A stretch of 64,000 nucleotides of DNA from Octopus sinensis (GCF_006345805.1 NC_043009.1:46004001-46068000); one strand, 5' to 3'. Counted from the first letter of the stretch, positions 1 to 11,606 are shown. Notes: generated by a model not told the origin, from the sequence alone. Numbers and translations: made by a program.

Positions 1-735
1 ATACAATTTTCACCCGTTGGAATTAGATCTTTCTGTCATCAATTTATTTCAGAATATGAAACAAGTTCTGATGACGTGAAGAACTAATATGTATACGGAC
101 CATGATTACACAACTTACTGTTAAGACCTGGCTGAGATTTTCAGACACACACACACACACATTGCATAGTTCTGGTCATCTTGAACTTTACAATAAATTC
201 AACTGAATTCTTAGTGCTTATTTATCTCATTAGAAACATTTGTCCGATGTTGTTCTTAAAATAGGTTGAAAGTAATAACCTTAATTTAATTGTGAAAAAG
301 CACGGCATCAGACTAAGCTGATGTAAAAAGTACTACTGCCTAAGCTGATAACTAAGTACCACTCTTCTACAATCGACTGTACATATACGCATTATGCAGT
401 AATCTTTAACTTTCAATCATTCACGTGCAATGGCGTCGGAAATGGAATAGTGTAGAAACAATTGTAACTAATAATGAAATTGGACTATATTCACTTTACT
501 TGCATCATTATACACACATATATACACACACATATATATGCATGTTATTAACCTCCATGTAACATCATATACATAGACATACATATATATGTGTACATGA
601 ATAATGAATATTGTGTGTGTGTATATGTATATGTATATATACATATATCATATATATATATACATATATATATATATGTATGTATGTATATATACATATA
701 TCATATATATATACATATATATATATAAATATATT

Positions 736-786
<51 letters not shown>

Positions 787-1382
787 TATATACATATACA
801 GAACCAGAGAGAGAGAGAGAGAGAGAAATACACACCCTCACGCATATGCGTATATGTGCGTATATGTTCATGTATGTGTGTGTGCGTGTGTGTATGCATA
901 CATGCATTCTATTTTACAAATTCATTATTATCAATACTTACAGCTCTTTCAAGTGGAAGCAGTATGGTTACTAGCTGCATGGGTGTTCGAAGCAAAACTA
1001 AATGTGTGTAATTAAAGCTATTACAATTACAACTAATGACGAGTTTACACTAATTGTTCTAGAAACTGCACAACTCATGATGCTAGTATGAATATCGATT
1101 GCTTTCATTATATAAAATACGATAACTCGTGTGTTGTATCTGGTTATATCATATCCTACAATCTGACATCATAGAATTAATTTCTTGAAACTTCTTGAAA
1201 TCCTTTTTTGCTTTTCACACAAACTAGACGTTCAGAATCTGTTTAAAGCAGTTATAAATTAACTTGCTAAGATGTTTATTGTAAATGATGTTAGAAATTT
1301 ATATAAACACAAATAAAGAACATCAAGAAGAAGAGACAGGACGACACTCTGATGGGACACAGTATATCTTAAAGTATCCTAA

Positions 1383-1797
1383 GGCGGCGAGCTGGCAGAA
1401 TCGTTAGCTCGTCGAGCGAAATGCCGAGCGGTATTTCGTCTGCCGTTACGTTGTGAGTTCAATTTCCGCCGAGGTCGACTTTGCCTTTCATCCTTTCGGG
1501 GTCGGTAAATTAAGTACCAGTTACGCACTGGGATCGATATAATCGACTTAATTCGTCTGTCTGTCCCTGCTTGTCCCCTCTGTGTTTAGCCCCTTGTGGG
1601 TAGTAAAGAAATAGGTATTTCGTCTGCCGTTACGTTGTGAGTTCAATTTCCGCCGAGGTCGACTTTGCCTTTCATCCTTTCGGGGTCGGTAAATTAAGTA
1701 CTAGTTACGCACTGGGGTCGATATAATCGACTTAATCCGTCTGTCTGTCCTTGTTTGTCCCCTCTGTGTTTAGCCCCTTGTGGGTAGTAAAGAAACA
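1383..1797 (+). mobile_element. tRNA-headed SINE (family A) with tandem duplication of its 3' ~185 nt, inside one TSD
   Basis: Head GGCGGCGAGCTGGCAGAATCG; central block GAGGTCGACTTTGCCTTTCATCCTTTCGGGGTCG (resembles, from memory, the MetaSINE central domain). The segment from GGTATTTCG to AAAGAAA is repeated at 1613-1797. TSD AGTATATCTTAAAGTATC at 1361-1378 and 1798-1815. Confidence 0.9.
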
Positions 1798-2086
1798 AGT
1801 ATATCTTAAAGTATCTAATCTGATTAGGACATCATCTTGTATTGCAGTAAGCAATGTGTTGATTACACAGCAAGAGCTGTGTAGTATATACGGTAGTATT
1901 ACGATCACATAGCAAGTCATTAGTGCTGCATTCGGTAATACGATGTTCACCCAGCACGCACTATGTACTTTAATCGGAAATAAGATAATCGGCCGGGAAG
2001 CGATACATTTGTTATTCGACTAATTTCAGTCGGCATGTTGCTCATTTGTGATTGAAATTGACGTCTGAGATGACCAATCTATTATT

Positions 2087-2510
2087 AACTAGCAGCATAG
2101 CCCGGCGTTTCCCGGGTATGTAAGAGCCCCTAGTAGGCAACGACTAATCCCAATCTAGTCCTTTCCCTCCAGGGAACGAAAGCGCATGTGTAGGTTGCAA
2201 TGTCTTCTCTTCACTCGAATACTTCTGTGTATACGATGTTCCTAGCTGTCCCTAGCTGTCGAGTTGTGTCCCTTAGAGAGAAAATGTGTTGCATATAAAA
2301 AGCTTAGATTCTCGACCCCATGTCGAATTTATCGATTCTTTTCAGAACTGGGAGAACTTTCCAAACTTTTCGCTGCGTTAGTTTTGAATTATGACATTGG
2401 GCTATGTGTGTGTCAAGTTTCATCAGAATCGGTTGAAAGCCGTGGTCAGGGTGAGGGTACAACCTGACAGACACACAGACAGACAAACTGCCGTTTATAT
2501 AGAGAGAGAT
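2087..2510 (+). mobile_element. Non-autonomous Helitron/Helentron-like element (Lep1/DINE-1-like architecture)
   Basis: Starts ACTAGCAGCATAGCCCGGCGTTTCCCGGG (subterminal GC hairpin), contains AAGTTTCATCAGAATCGG, and ends with a (GACA)n microsatellite and TTTATATAGAGAGAGAT. Family assignment rests on recalled architecture only. Confidence 0.5.
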
Positions 2511-3277
2511 CTCGAAAGGTGACTGTTAAAGTTTGACGGCAATGCTTTTCAATTTGAAATGTACTGGACGGGATACAGTCTATTTTCGAATAGAGTGGCA
2601 TAAAGAGTTCATAAAAATTAATCCTACCAAGAAGTAAGTAAACTCGAGCGAACACTGTGAATATCCTACATTATCCCTTCCAACCCTCCCACAACTAAAA
2701 GACCTTAAACCTTGCTTGAATATTAATACTACCCCAATTTCAACTAGCCGCAAATAACGTGTAATACTAACATATATATCCAATTGTCTTTGAAGACGTA
2801 ACAGCCAATTGTAGGCAAATTATTACAGAAATTGATCGCTAGTTTACATGCGAAATAATCCTACATGATTGTACTTTATAAAAGAAAAAATACAGTGTTT
2901 CTATCGGCTGACATTATCATTAACAATCACTACTGTATTGGCGTGATAAAATGACCTTTGATAAGGAAAACCAACAACAACAACAACCATAACAACAGCA
3001 TACACTGATAAAGCTTTGAAACGTAAATCATTTTGGCACATGAGAAAAGTACCATAATTTCATTCTATATCGGTACAGCTGGAATAATATCACAAATGCA
3101 TTTGGGAAGAAATAAAACGTGAGTTTACCTGTAAGAATAGAAATAAGTAACTTGCAGAAAATAGCAATGGAATCGGTCAATGTAACAAAATTGTTCTCTC
3201 AGAACATTATTTTGACATTTGATATTTCTGAGCATGGCAACTAAAATATATACCAGTCTTTGGACTAGAATATGCGA

Positions 3278-3540
3278 ACGTGTCCCTTTCAGAAAACAAC
3301 AACGATGACGCCACCGACACCACCACCAATACCACAACTACCAACAACAACAACAATAACAAAAGAAACACCAACTACAACAAACACAAAAGCAACATCA
3401 ACAACAACAAAAACAAAAGCAACATCAACAGCAAAAAGTACAAAAACAACAACGACACTACTACTACTACTACTACTACTACTAATGACAACAACCTTAA
3501 CAACAACAACAACAACAACAATAATGATAATAATAATAAT
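3278..3540. repeat. Compound triplet microsatellite (ACA/ACT/AAT)
   Basis: Direct reading. Confidence 0.9.
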
Positions 3541-4037
3541 CTCTTCCTGAGGTATAAGAGCTGAAAGAGATTTTAAAAATGCAAAGATGGAATGAAGTAG
3601 AAATGTAAAAGAACACATTTATACGGAATAAATAATTAAATCATTCTCCACTCTAAAGGCGCATGCTCAGAGCAGATTCGCCACACTCAGTCACCTTTTA
3701 AATGAATTGCTGGAAGGCAGCACTTCCCATTCGACCATCTGTTTCCTCTTTTTTAACGAAGCCTGAAAATGTTGATGAGGAGCTTATCCAAAGAGGAAGA
3801 TGTCTATCTTCGACGTTTGCAGTCCTGTCTCTCACACCACTTTTTTTTACCAAGCCAGCAGAGTGACGAAGGCCGCCTGTCCTTTTAACAACAGCCTCAG
3901 GTCAATCTCTCATTTTTTTTTCAACTACAATGCATGAAACCTTTGTCAAAACTGGATTGCAAGAGAGACACTCACAGCCTTTGTTTTTGTTGCTGTCGTT
4001 CTTTAGCCATCGGTCAGCCCTTATAAAGCAAACTTAT

Positions 4038-4390
4038 GATCAATACAACTCCAGTCGAGGCTATCACATACTTTTTTCCAACATTTTACCTCAAACTACA
4101 TTATCCAACCTATACTTCAGTCTTTTTCAGGCGCTCAGACACTGCTTGTGTGGGATTTGTCAATTCTAGTAGGTTGCTCCATGGTATAAAAGATATTTTA
4201 TTGGCCCTTCAAAGATCAATACAAATCCAGTCGAGGCCATCACACATTTTATTTCATTATTGTATCTCAAAATACATTATCCAACCTATACTTCCGTCTT
4301 TTTCAGGCGCTCAGACACTGCTTGTGTGGGATTTGTCAATTCTAGTAGGTTGCTCCATGGTATAAAAGATATTCTATTGGCCCTTCAAAG
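4038..4390. repeat. Two-copy tandem duplication, 176-bp period
   Basis: GATCAATACAA...GGCCCTTCAAAG begins at 4038 and again at 4214. Confidence 0.9.
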
Positions 4391-5059
4391 AGGTTTCGGT
4401 TGACTGGAATATTCTGTCATGATTTACAAACCCAATCATTTGGTTGTTATCATCATTGTCATCATTGTCAGCATAATCTTTCTGATCATCGTCCTCCTAG
4501 TCATAAATATCAGCTTCATCATTGATGTCACTGTTATCACAATTATCATAACTGATGGGGCAATCACTACCATCCCCGCCATCACATCAGCTCCACCACA
4601 ACCATTGTCTTTATCTTCATCATTACCATCTGTATCAGCGTCATCATGAATATTCATTAACTATGCTGTTATATTCAACTCATTTATTTGAATGTCATAA
4701 AACTGAAGGTTATTAACTGAACAATAATTCTTCCATTTTAGAGATTACATCGGATTATAACAAGCGCTGAATTGGTTTCTCCTCAAGATTCTGCCAAAGA
4801 AATGATCAGTATTGTAAAAAATAAGGAATTTACACGTCTTTTTCAAAAGAGCACCATAAGAGTAAGTTTACACTTTTTATATTATTTTTCGAGCTTAATT
4901 CCTCAAACGATTCTCTTTGATAACAAAAGAACCAGGATTTTAGATTACAGAATTATTTAGAAGTATTTAATTCAGATTCTGTGTGCGAGCCATAACTGTT
5001 AGTGCCATGTATAATCAAGTGTATATGTAAGAAAGTCCTTATCATGTATTTCAGATATA

Positions 5060-5123
<64 letters not shown>

Positions 5124-5348
5124 TGCGTGTGTGTGTGTGTGTGTAATAAAGGTGGCTGAACGCAATTTAAACCGAAAAGAAATAATTTACCGTCACTAAA
5201 ATTGACCAAGGGCGCAGTAGCGTTGTTAGAAATAGGAGTTAAAAAACCCTCAGCCACAGAAAGTCACGTTCTATTTGAACTGACATATATACATGCAGAT
5301 GTGTTATATAGACTTATGTATATGTATATTCACACACACGCGTATATA

Positions 5349-5397
<49 letters not shown>

Positions 5398-5854
5398 TAA
5401 AGAGTAAATGAGTCAAAAGGAAGAGTAAGTAGTGTTAGGCAGCTTTTTAATTATTACTACAAATGTTTCGATACATATAGATCTACGTATATATACAGGG
5501 TTTATGCACACAAACACACACACACACACACACACGCACACACTCTAATACGTTCTTAACAGAATACACCTTAACTGTATATACATACATACATACATAC
5601 ATACATACATACATACATAAATACATACATACATACATACATACATACATACGTACATACATACATACATACATACATACATACATACATACATACATAC
5701 ATCCTTACATACATAGGTGTATATATAAATGTATGTGTACATATATACATGTGTGTGCATGTATGAATCTATCTATTTATCAATCTTTCTCTTTATCTCT
5801 CTCTCTGTCTCTCTGTCTCTCTCTCTGTCTCCCTCTCTGTGTATATATATATAT

Positions 5855-5885
<31 letters not shown>

Positions 5886-6170
5886 CATCCCTGTGTGTAT
5901 GTGTGAATTTTGTACAAAAACTAATTTTGTCAGAAATTCAATTGCTTAATATTCTTTGTACAATTTATTTGTATGCGCTACCTTAGCCTGTACTGAGTTT
6001 TTTTTAAAATCTTTTTTATATTCCATCTGAATACATATGTACTGATATTTATAAGTGCTCGTATCTATTGAACTGAACAATTTCGTTGGGAGAGAGGAGT
6101 TTGGTATACACTACCGCGTGTATATAGAAAATTCTAAGAATGACTAATCTCTCACTCGTTCATAGAACTC

Positions 6171-6560
6171 TCTTTTACTTGTTTCAGTCATTTGACTGCG
6201 GCCATGCTGGAGCACCGCCTTTAGTCGAGCAAATCGACCCCGGGACTTATTCTTTGTTTGCCCAGTACTTATTCTATCGGTCTCTTTTGACGAACCGCTA
6301 AGTGACGGGGACGTAAACACACCAGCATCGGTTGTCAAGCAATGCTAGGGGAACAAACACAGACACACAAACACACACACACATATATATACACATATAT
6401 ACGACAGGCTTCTTTCAGTTTCCGTCTACCAAATCCACTCACAAGGCATTGGTCGGCCCAGGGCTATAGTAGAAGACACTTGCCCAAGGTGCCACGCAGT
6501 GGGACTGAACCCGGAACCATGTGGTTGGTTAGCAAGCTACTTACCACACAGCCACTCCTG
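6171..6560 (-). mobile_element. CORE-like SINE (family B)
   Basis: The minus strand reads CAGGAGTGGCTGTGTGG...GGTTCAGTCCC...GGCACCTTGGGCAAGTG (MIR-CORE-like), with an internal microsatellite and a (GAGTAAAA)-type tail. Many homologous copies occur in the window. Confidence 0.88.
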
Positions 6561-6769
6561 CGCAATTTTAAATTATAACCTCGGGCAAGAGAATTTAATT
6601 ATTTCACATCTCCTCCATTCTGCTTTGTCCGAAGTGTAACATTTATATTTGTAGAGCCATTTACTATTAATATATTCAAGCATTCATGGTACAATGGGCT
6701 TTGTTTCTAAATAAAATAAGTGTTTATAAATAACACGTTATACATAATGTGTGTGTGCATATACATTTA

Positions 6770-7019
6770 TCTTGTTTCTGTCATTAAACTGCGGCCATGC
6801 TGGCGGAAAGGTCTTGAAGAATTTTAGTCGAACAAATCGATTCAAGCAATTACTATTTTTAAACCATGGTACTTATTCTATCATTCTCTTATGCCGAACC
6901 GCTACTTTACGGGAACGTAAAACACCAACACCGGTTGTCAAGTGTTGTTGGAGAATAAACACTGACTTACACACGCACGCACGCACACACACACAGACCC
7001 ACACACGCACTCACACACG

Positions 7020-7073
<54 letters not shown>

Positions 7074-7255
7074 ACACATATATATATATATATATATATA
7101 CGACAGGCTTTTTTCAGTTTCCAGCTATAAAATTCACTCGCAAGACTTTATTCGGCCCGAAGCTATAGTAGAAGACACCCAAGGTGCCACTTGAGACTGA
7201 ACTTGGAACCATGTGAATGGAGGAAACAACCTCCTTACCACACTACCGCGCCTGC
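6770..7255 (-). mobile_element. Degenerate family B SINE
   Basis: Diverged match to 6171-6560 with an expanded (CA)n. Confidence 0.75.
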
Positions 7256-7586
7256 GCCCAAATATATATGTGTGTGTGGGGGTGGGGGTGCGCGCGCTCG
7301 TAATCGATCAAATGTGCGTCCGAATCATAGGATCCTGAGGCCGGTTTCCTGGATTCTGTGGCTTATATATGAGTAGATTGCAGCAACGTGACATGATGTG
7401 TCTTGCTCAAGAACAGAATGTGTCACCTGGTCCAGGAGTCGAACCTATAATTTTATGACCATGAGTGCCACTCAAAAATCAATGCTGTGCGCCTCCAAAC
7501 TCACCAGTATATGTATGTATATTAATTAAATGTATGTATGTATGTATGTATGTATGTATGTGTGTATATATATATATATAGACACA

Positions 7587-7640
<54 letters not shown>

Positions 7641-7642
<2 letters not shown>

Positions 7643-7882
7643 TGTTGTGTCTGGGGAGAGTCATTCTCTTTTTGTGCCTTATAATTTAACACACTCATCT
7701 GTAAAATTTCCACTTATTTCTTTCTTTATTTTTCTAAAATTTTCGTTGCCTCTTGCAACCATTTCAACGAAAATTTTTGAAAGTTTTAGTAAAATAAAGA
7801 AGGAAATAAATGGAAATTTTACCAGTGAGTGTGTTAAATTATAAGGCACTAAAAGTGAATGACTCTCCCCAGACACAACAGT
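7641..7882. repeat. Foldback (long inverted repeat) element, ~105-bp arms
   Basis: ACTGTTGTGTCTGGGGAGAGTCATTC (7641) pairs with GAATGACTCTCCCCAGACACAACAGT (ending 7882), and pairing continues inward. It is embedded in (TA)n. Confidence 0.9.
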
Positions 7883-7960
7883 ATATACTTCAGCACACGA
7901 ACTCATATAAAGAATCTTGCAAACCAAATCCCAAAGTGAATATATATATTATATATATAT

Positions 7961-8070
<110 letters not shown>

Positions 8071-8272
8071 AAATGTAATCGCGTGTGTATTGTTGGCGAT
8101 TTTCTTCCTTCGTCTTCCCCTCCTTTAGACTTTCCTCTAGTTCTGAAGACGAGATTGCCTCGAAACGTTAAATCCTTTTTTCTTTCCTTTCCTGAACGTC
8201 TGATAATACAGTACTTCTTGTACTACGTCATCGTGTTATTGTCTTTTCTTGTTTCCTCTTTTTTGTTTAGAT

Positions 8273-8338
<66 letters not shown>

Positions 8339-8341
<3 letters not shown>

Positions 8342-8754
8342 CTTGTTTCAGTCATTTGATTGCGGCCATGCTGGAGCACCGCCTTTAGTCGAGCAACTCG
8401 ACCCCGGGACTTATTCTTTGTAAGCCCAGTACTTATTGTATCGGTCTCTTTTGCCGAACCGCTAAGTGACGGGGACATAAACACACCAGCATCGGTTGTC
8501 AAGCAATGCTAGGGGGACAAACACAGACACACGCACATATATATAATATATATATATATATTATATATATATATAATATATATATATATACATATATACG
8601 ACAGGCTTCTTTCAGTTTCCGCCTACCAAATCCACTCACAAGGCTTTGGTCGGCACGAGGCTATAGTAGAAGACACTTGCCCAAGGTGCCACGCAGTGAG
8701 ACTGAACCCGGAACCATGTGGTTGGTAAGCAAGCTACTTACCACACAGCCACTC
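8339..8754 (-). mobile_element. Family B SINE
   Basis: High identity to 6171-6560. Confidence 0.88.
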
Positions 8755-8762
8755 AGCGCCTT

Positions 8763-8798
<36 letters not shown>

Positions 8799-9597
8799 AC
8801 ATCTATATATAATATATATACATATATATGTGCATATATCTATAAAAATATATATAATGTATATATTTATACGTATGTATGCATGTATGTACGTACATAT
8901 AATTGTGTGTGCGCGTGTGTGTGTGTGTTTGTGTATGAATGTATTTACAATGATTTACAAGAATATAAGCATAATGCAAATATTTTCGGCACATTGCGTT
9001 CACAACGGTACACGCTAATAAAACGGAATACAATACTTCAAAGCAGAACTAAATGTATCATAATGTTTCAATGAAGATATGGTACACATGGACTTCTATC
9101 TGAAGGAATCCATATGTATTACACTCGATTGAGATGATAGAAGCATTTATATGGCGGCTTATTTGAATATTTAAATTGAGTGCAAAGGTCAATACTGATA
9201 AAATGAGCTCCGAGATTACATTTGAATATGGTTAATTGAGGCTACTCCTGGTTTAGTATGTGCGTTTGTATTTCCAATTATCTATCTTCTAAATATAATT
9301 AGTTCTTAAGTATTAGCTGTTGATCTAGTAAAGCAATTTTTTTCCTCTCTTCTTTTGCCTCAAACTGTTAATTGTCAAGCATAATTATATAACTGTGTGT
9401 TTGCATGTATTTGCGTCTCTGTGTATGTAGGTATGTTTGTATTTAGTTGTGTGATGTGTGTGTATATGTGTGTGAGTCTGTGTGTGTGTGTATTTATGTT
9501 GTATAAATTACATGAGTGGGAGATGGATAAGACTGGCAAATATCTGCTTCTGTGTTCCGGCATGTATGTGTATGTATGCATGGGTGTGTGTGTGTAT

Positions 9598-9617
9598 AAT
9601 AATAATAATAATAATAA

Positions 9618-9648
<31 letters not shown>

Positions 9649-9718
9649 AAAAGAAGAAGAAGAAGAAGAAGAAGAAAAAGAAGAAGAAGAAGAAGAAGAA
9701 GAAGAAGAAGAAGAAGAG
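9598..9718. repeat. (AAT)n(AAG)n microsatellite
   Basis: Direct reading. Confidence 0.97.
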
Positions 9719-10320
9719 GAATTATAATATATCACAAAGATGGAAGTTAGCAGGCTTTAATAATGGCTCACAAAGTACGTGTCTGCACCCCACATCAGCT
9801 TGAAGTTGCTGGGTTAATATTTATGTAGCGGTATGGAAGATTACTCTTAATTACTATGTGTTTGAATATTGTTCAACAACAGCAATCTGCGGGTGCTCAA
9901 TCGTATGAATACAATCAAGAACTTCTAGATTTTTCTCAATATTGTAACTCAAAGATGCTCTATAGTTTCCACCAAACAAATAATTACATTCTGAAGGTAG
10001 GTGGTACTTACGAATAACAAACCAAAAACCCTCATCACAATAATCGCAACTGCATCAAAAGTACCAACAGTAACAGAGACAGCGTGACCTTCATGAACTG
10101 CTGTGAAGGAAGAGAAAACAGCAGAGACAATAATGTTGGTCAAATGAAAATAAAGATAAAAACAAAAATAAAATCAAAGTATGATTAAAAACCTAGGTTG
10201 ACTTATAACACGTCTACGAGAAAGTATGTTAATAGGCTAAAAATAAATCTTTCAATATATGAATGTATGTTTATACCTAGATACATCTATTTCTTATATG
10301 CGTGTGTATATGTATATGTA

Positions 10321-10400
<80 letters not shown>

Positions 10401-10523
10401 AATGTATTTAGAGAGACTTAGTAATTTTAATATTTCTATTATTGAAAACAAGTGGATGTATTCCACCGAAGCTAGGTAAATAAAACCTTTGAACAGAGAT
10501 TGTCGGAAGCGACACCTACTGGT

Positions 10524-10583
10524 TTGGCTACGCTGCATTGAAAAGGGGCAATACCCCGAAACGCGTCTGTAGCTGCCGGCCAA
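10524..10583 (+). ncRNA. Type I hammerhead ribozyme motif, copy 1 (U3:A8 core variant)
   Basis: Stem I GCTGCA (10532-37) / TGTAGC (10568-73), extended by TTGGCT/GGCCAA. Core TTGAAAA 10538-44; stem II GGGG-CAATA-CCCC; GAAA 10558-61; palindromic ACGCGT stem III. Predicted GUC cleavage after 10567. Confidence 0.8.
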
Positions 10584-10899
10584 GTAGTGTGGAGCGACTG
10601 ACCTCCCTTGTTCAAAGGTTATATGGATACAGTTTGTGTATCAAATAGCTAACTTAAGGCGATGGCCTCATGGAGCTAATAAGCGGTCAGCTTTTTTCTT
10701 ATTTTTCTTATTTTTCTTATTTTTATAAGAATGCCATATTAGTATGGCGATAACTATATTTTCCGGGAACGCTGCCGTTGTTCTCTTTTAGAGAGACTTA
10801 GTAATTTATATTTCTATATTGAAAACAAGTGGATGTATTCCACCGAAGCTAGGTAAATAAAACCTTTGAACAGAGATTGTCGGAAGCGACACCTACTGG

Positions 10900-10959
10900 T
10901 TGGCTACGCTGCATTGAAAAGGGGCAATACCCCGAAACGCGTCTGTAGCTGCCGGCCAA
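10900..10959 (+). ncRNA. Type I hammerhead ribozyme motif, copy 2
   Basis: Same motif: core TTGAAAA 10914-20, GAAA 10934-37, predicted cleavage after 10943. Confidence 0.8.
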
Positions 10960-11260
10960 GTAGTGTGGAGCGACTGACCTCCCTTGTTCAAAGGTTATAT
11001 GGATACAGTTTGTGTATCAAATAGCTAACTTAAGGCGATGGCCTTATGGAGCTAATAAGCGGTCAGCTTTTTTCTTATTTTTATAAGAATGCCATATTAG
11101 TATGGCGATAACTAATATTTTCCGGGAACGCTGCCGTTGTTCTCTTTTAGAGAGACTAGTAATTTTAATATTTCTATTATTGAAAACAGTGGATGTATTC
11201 CACCGAAGCTAGGTAAATAAAACCTTTGAACAGAGATTGTCGGAAGCGACACCTACTGGT

Positions 11261-11320
11261 TTGGCTACGCTGCATTGAAAAGGGGCAATACCCCGAAACG
11301 CGTCTGTAGCTGCCGGCCAA
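11261..11320 (+). ncRNA. Type I hammerhead ribozyme motif, copy 3
   Basis: Same motif: core TTGAAAA 11275-81, GAAA 11295-98, predicted cleavage after 11304. Confidence 0.8.
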
Positions 11321-11535
11321 GTAGTGTGGAGCGACTGACCTCCCTTGTTCAAGGTTATATGGATACAGTTTGTGTATCAAATAGCTAACTTAAGGCGATG
11401 GCCTCATGGAGCTAATAAGCGGTCAGCTTTTTTCTTATTTTTATAAGAATGCCATATTAGTATGGCGATAACTAATATTTTCCGGGAACGCTGCCGTTGT
11501 TCTCTTTTAGAGAGACTTAGTAATTTTAATATTTC

Positions 11536-11580
<45 letters not shown>

Positions 11581-11606
11581 CAAGTATATTATATATATAT
11601 ATATAT

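Larger units (their letters stand above)
10407..11540 (+). repeat. Tandem array of ~360-380-bp units (10407-10786, 10787-11145, 11146-11505, plus partial 11506-11540); candidate non-LTR retrozyme
   Basis: The unit start TTTAGAGAGAC(T)TAGTAATTT recurs at 10407, 10787, 11146 and 11506. Units are near-identical and unit 1 has 20 extra nt of a TTTTCTTATT repeat. The array is flanked by (TA)n/(TG)n on both sides and each full unit contains a hammerhead fold. Confidence 0.95.

Noticed and set aside
1383-1460. tRNA-like sequences at SINE heads (also 27705, 37775, 53178, 58600)
   Set aside because: They are SINE promoter regions continuous with SINE bodies and TSDs, and they do not form complete cloverleaves.
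10439-10482. Second TTGAAAA...hairpin...GAA motif in each array unit, resembling another hammerhead
   Set aside because: There are extra nucleotides before the stem, GAAG instead of GAAA, no NUH in register and no convincing stem I.
10407-11540. CRISPR-like or rDNA/snRNA array interpretation; opposite-polarity ribozyme
   Set aside because: There are no unique spacers and no recognisable 5S, U snRNA or tRNA sequence. I found no hammerhead core on the minus strand.
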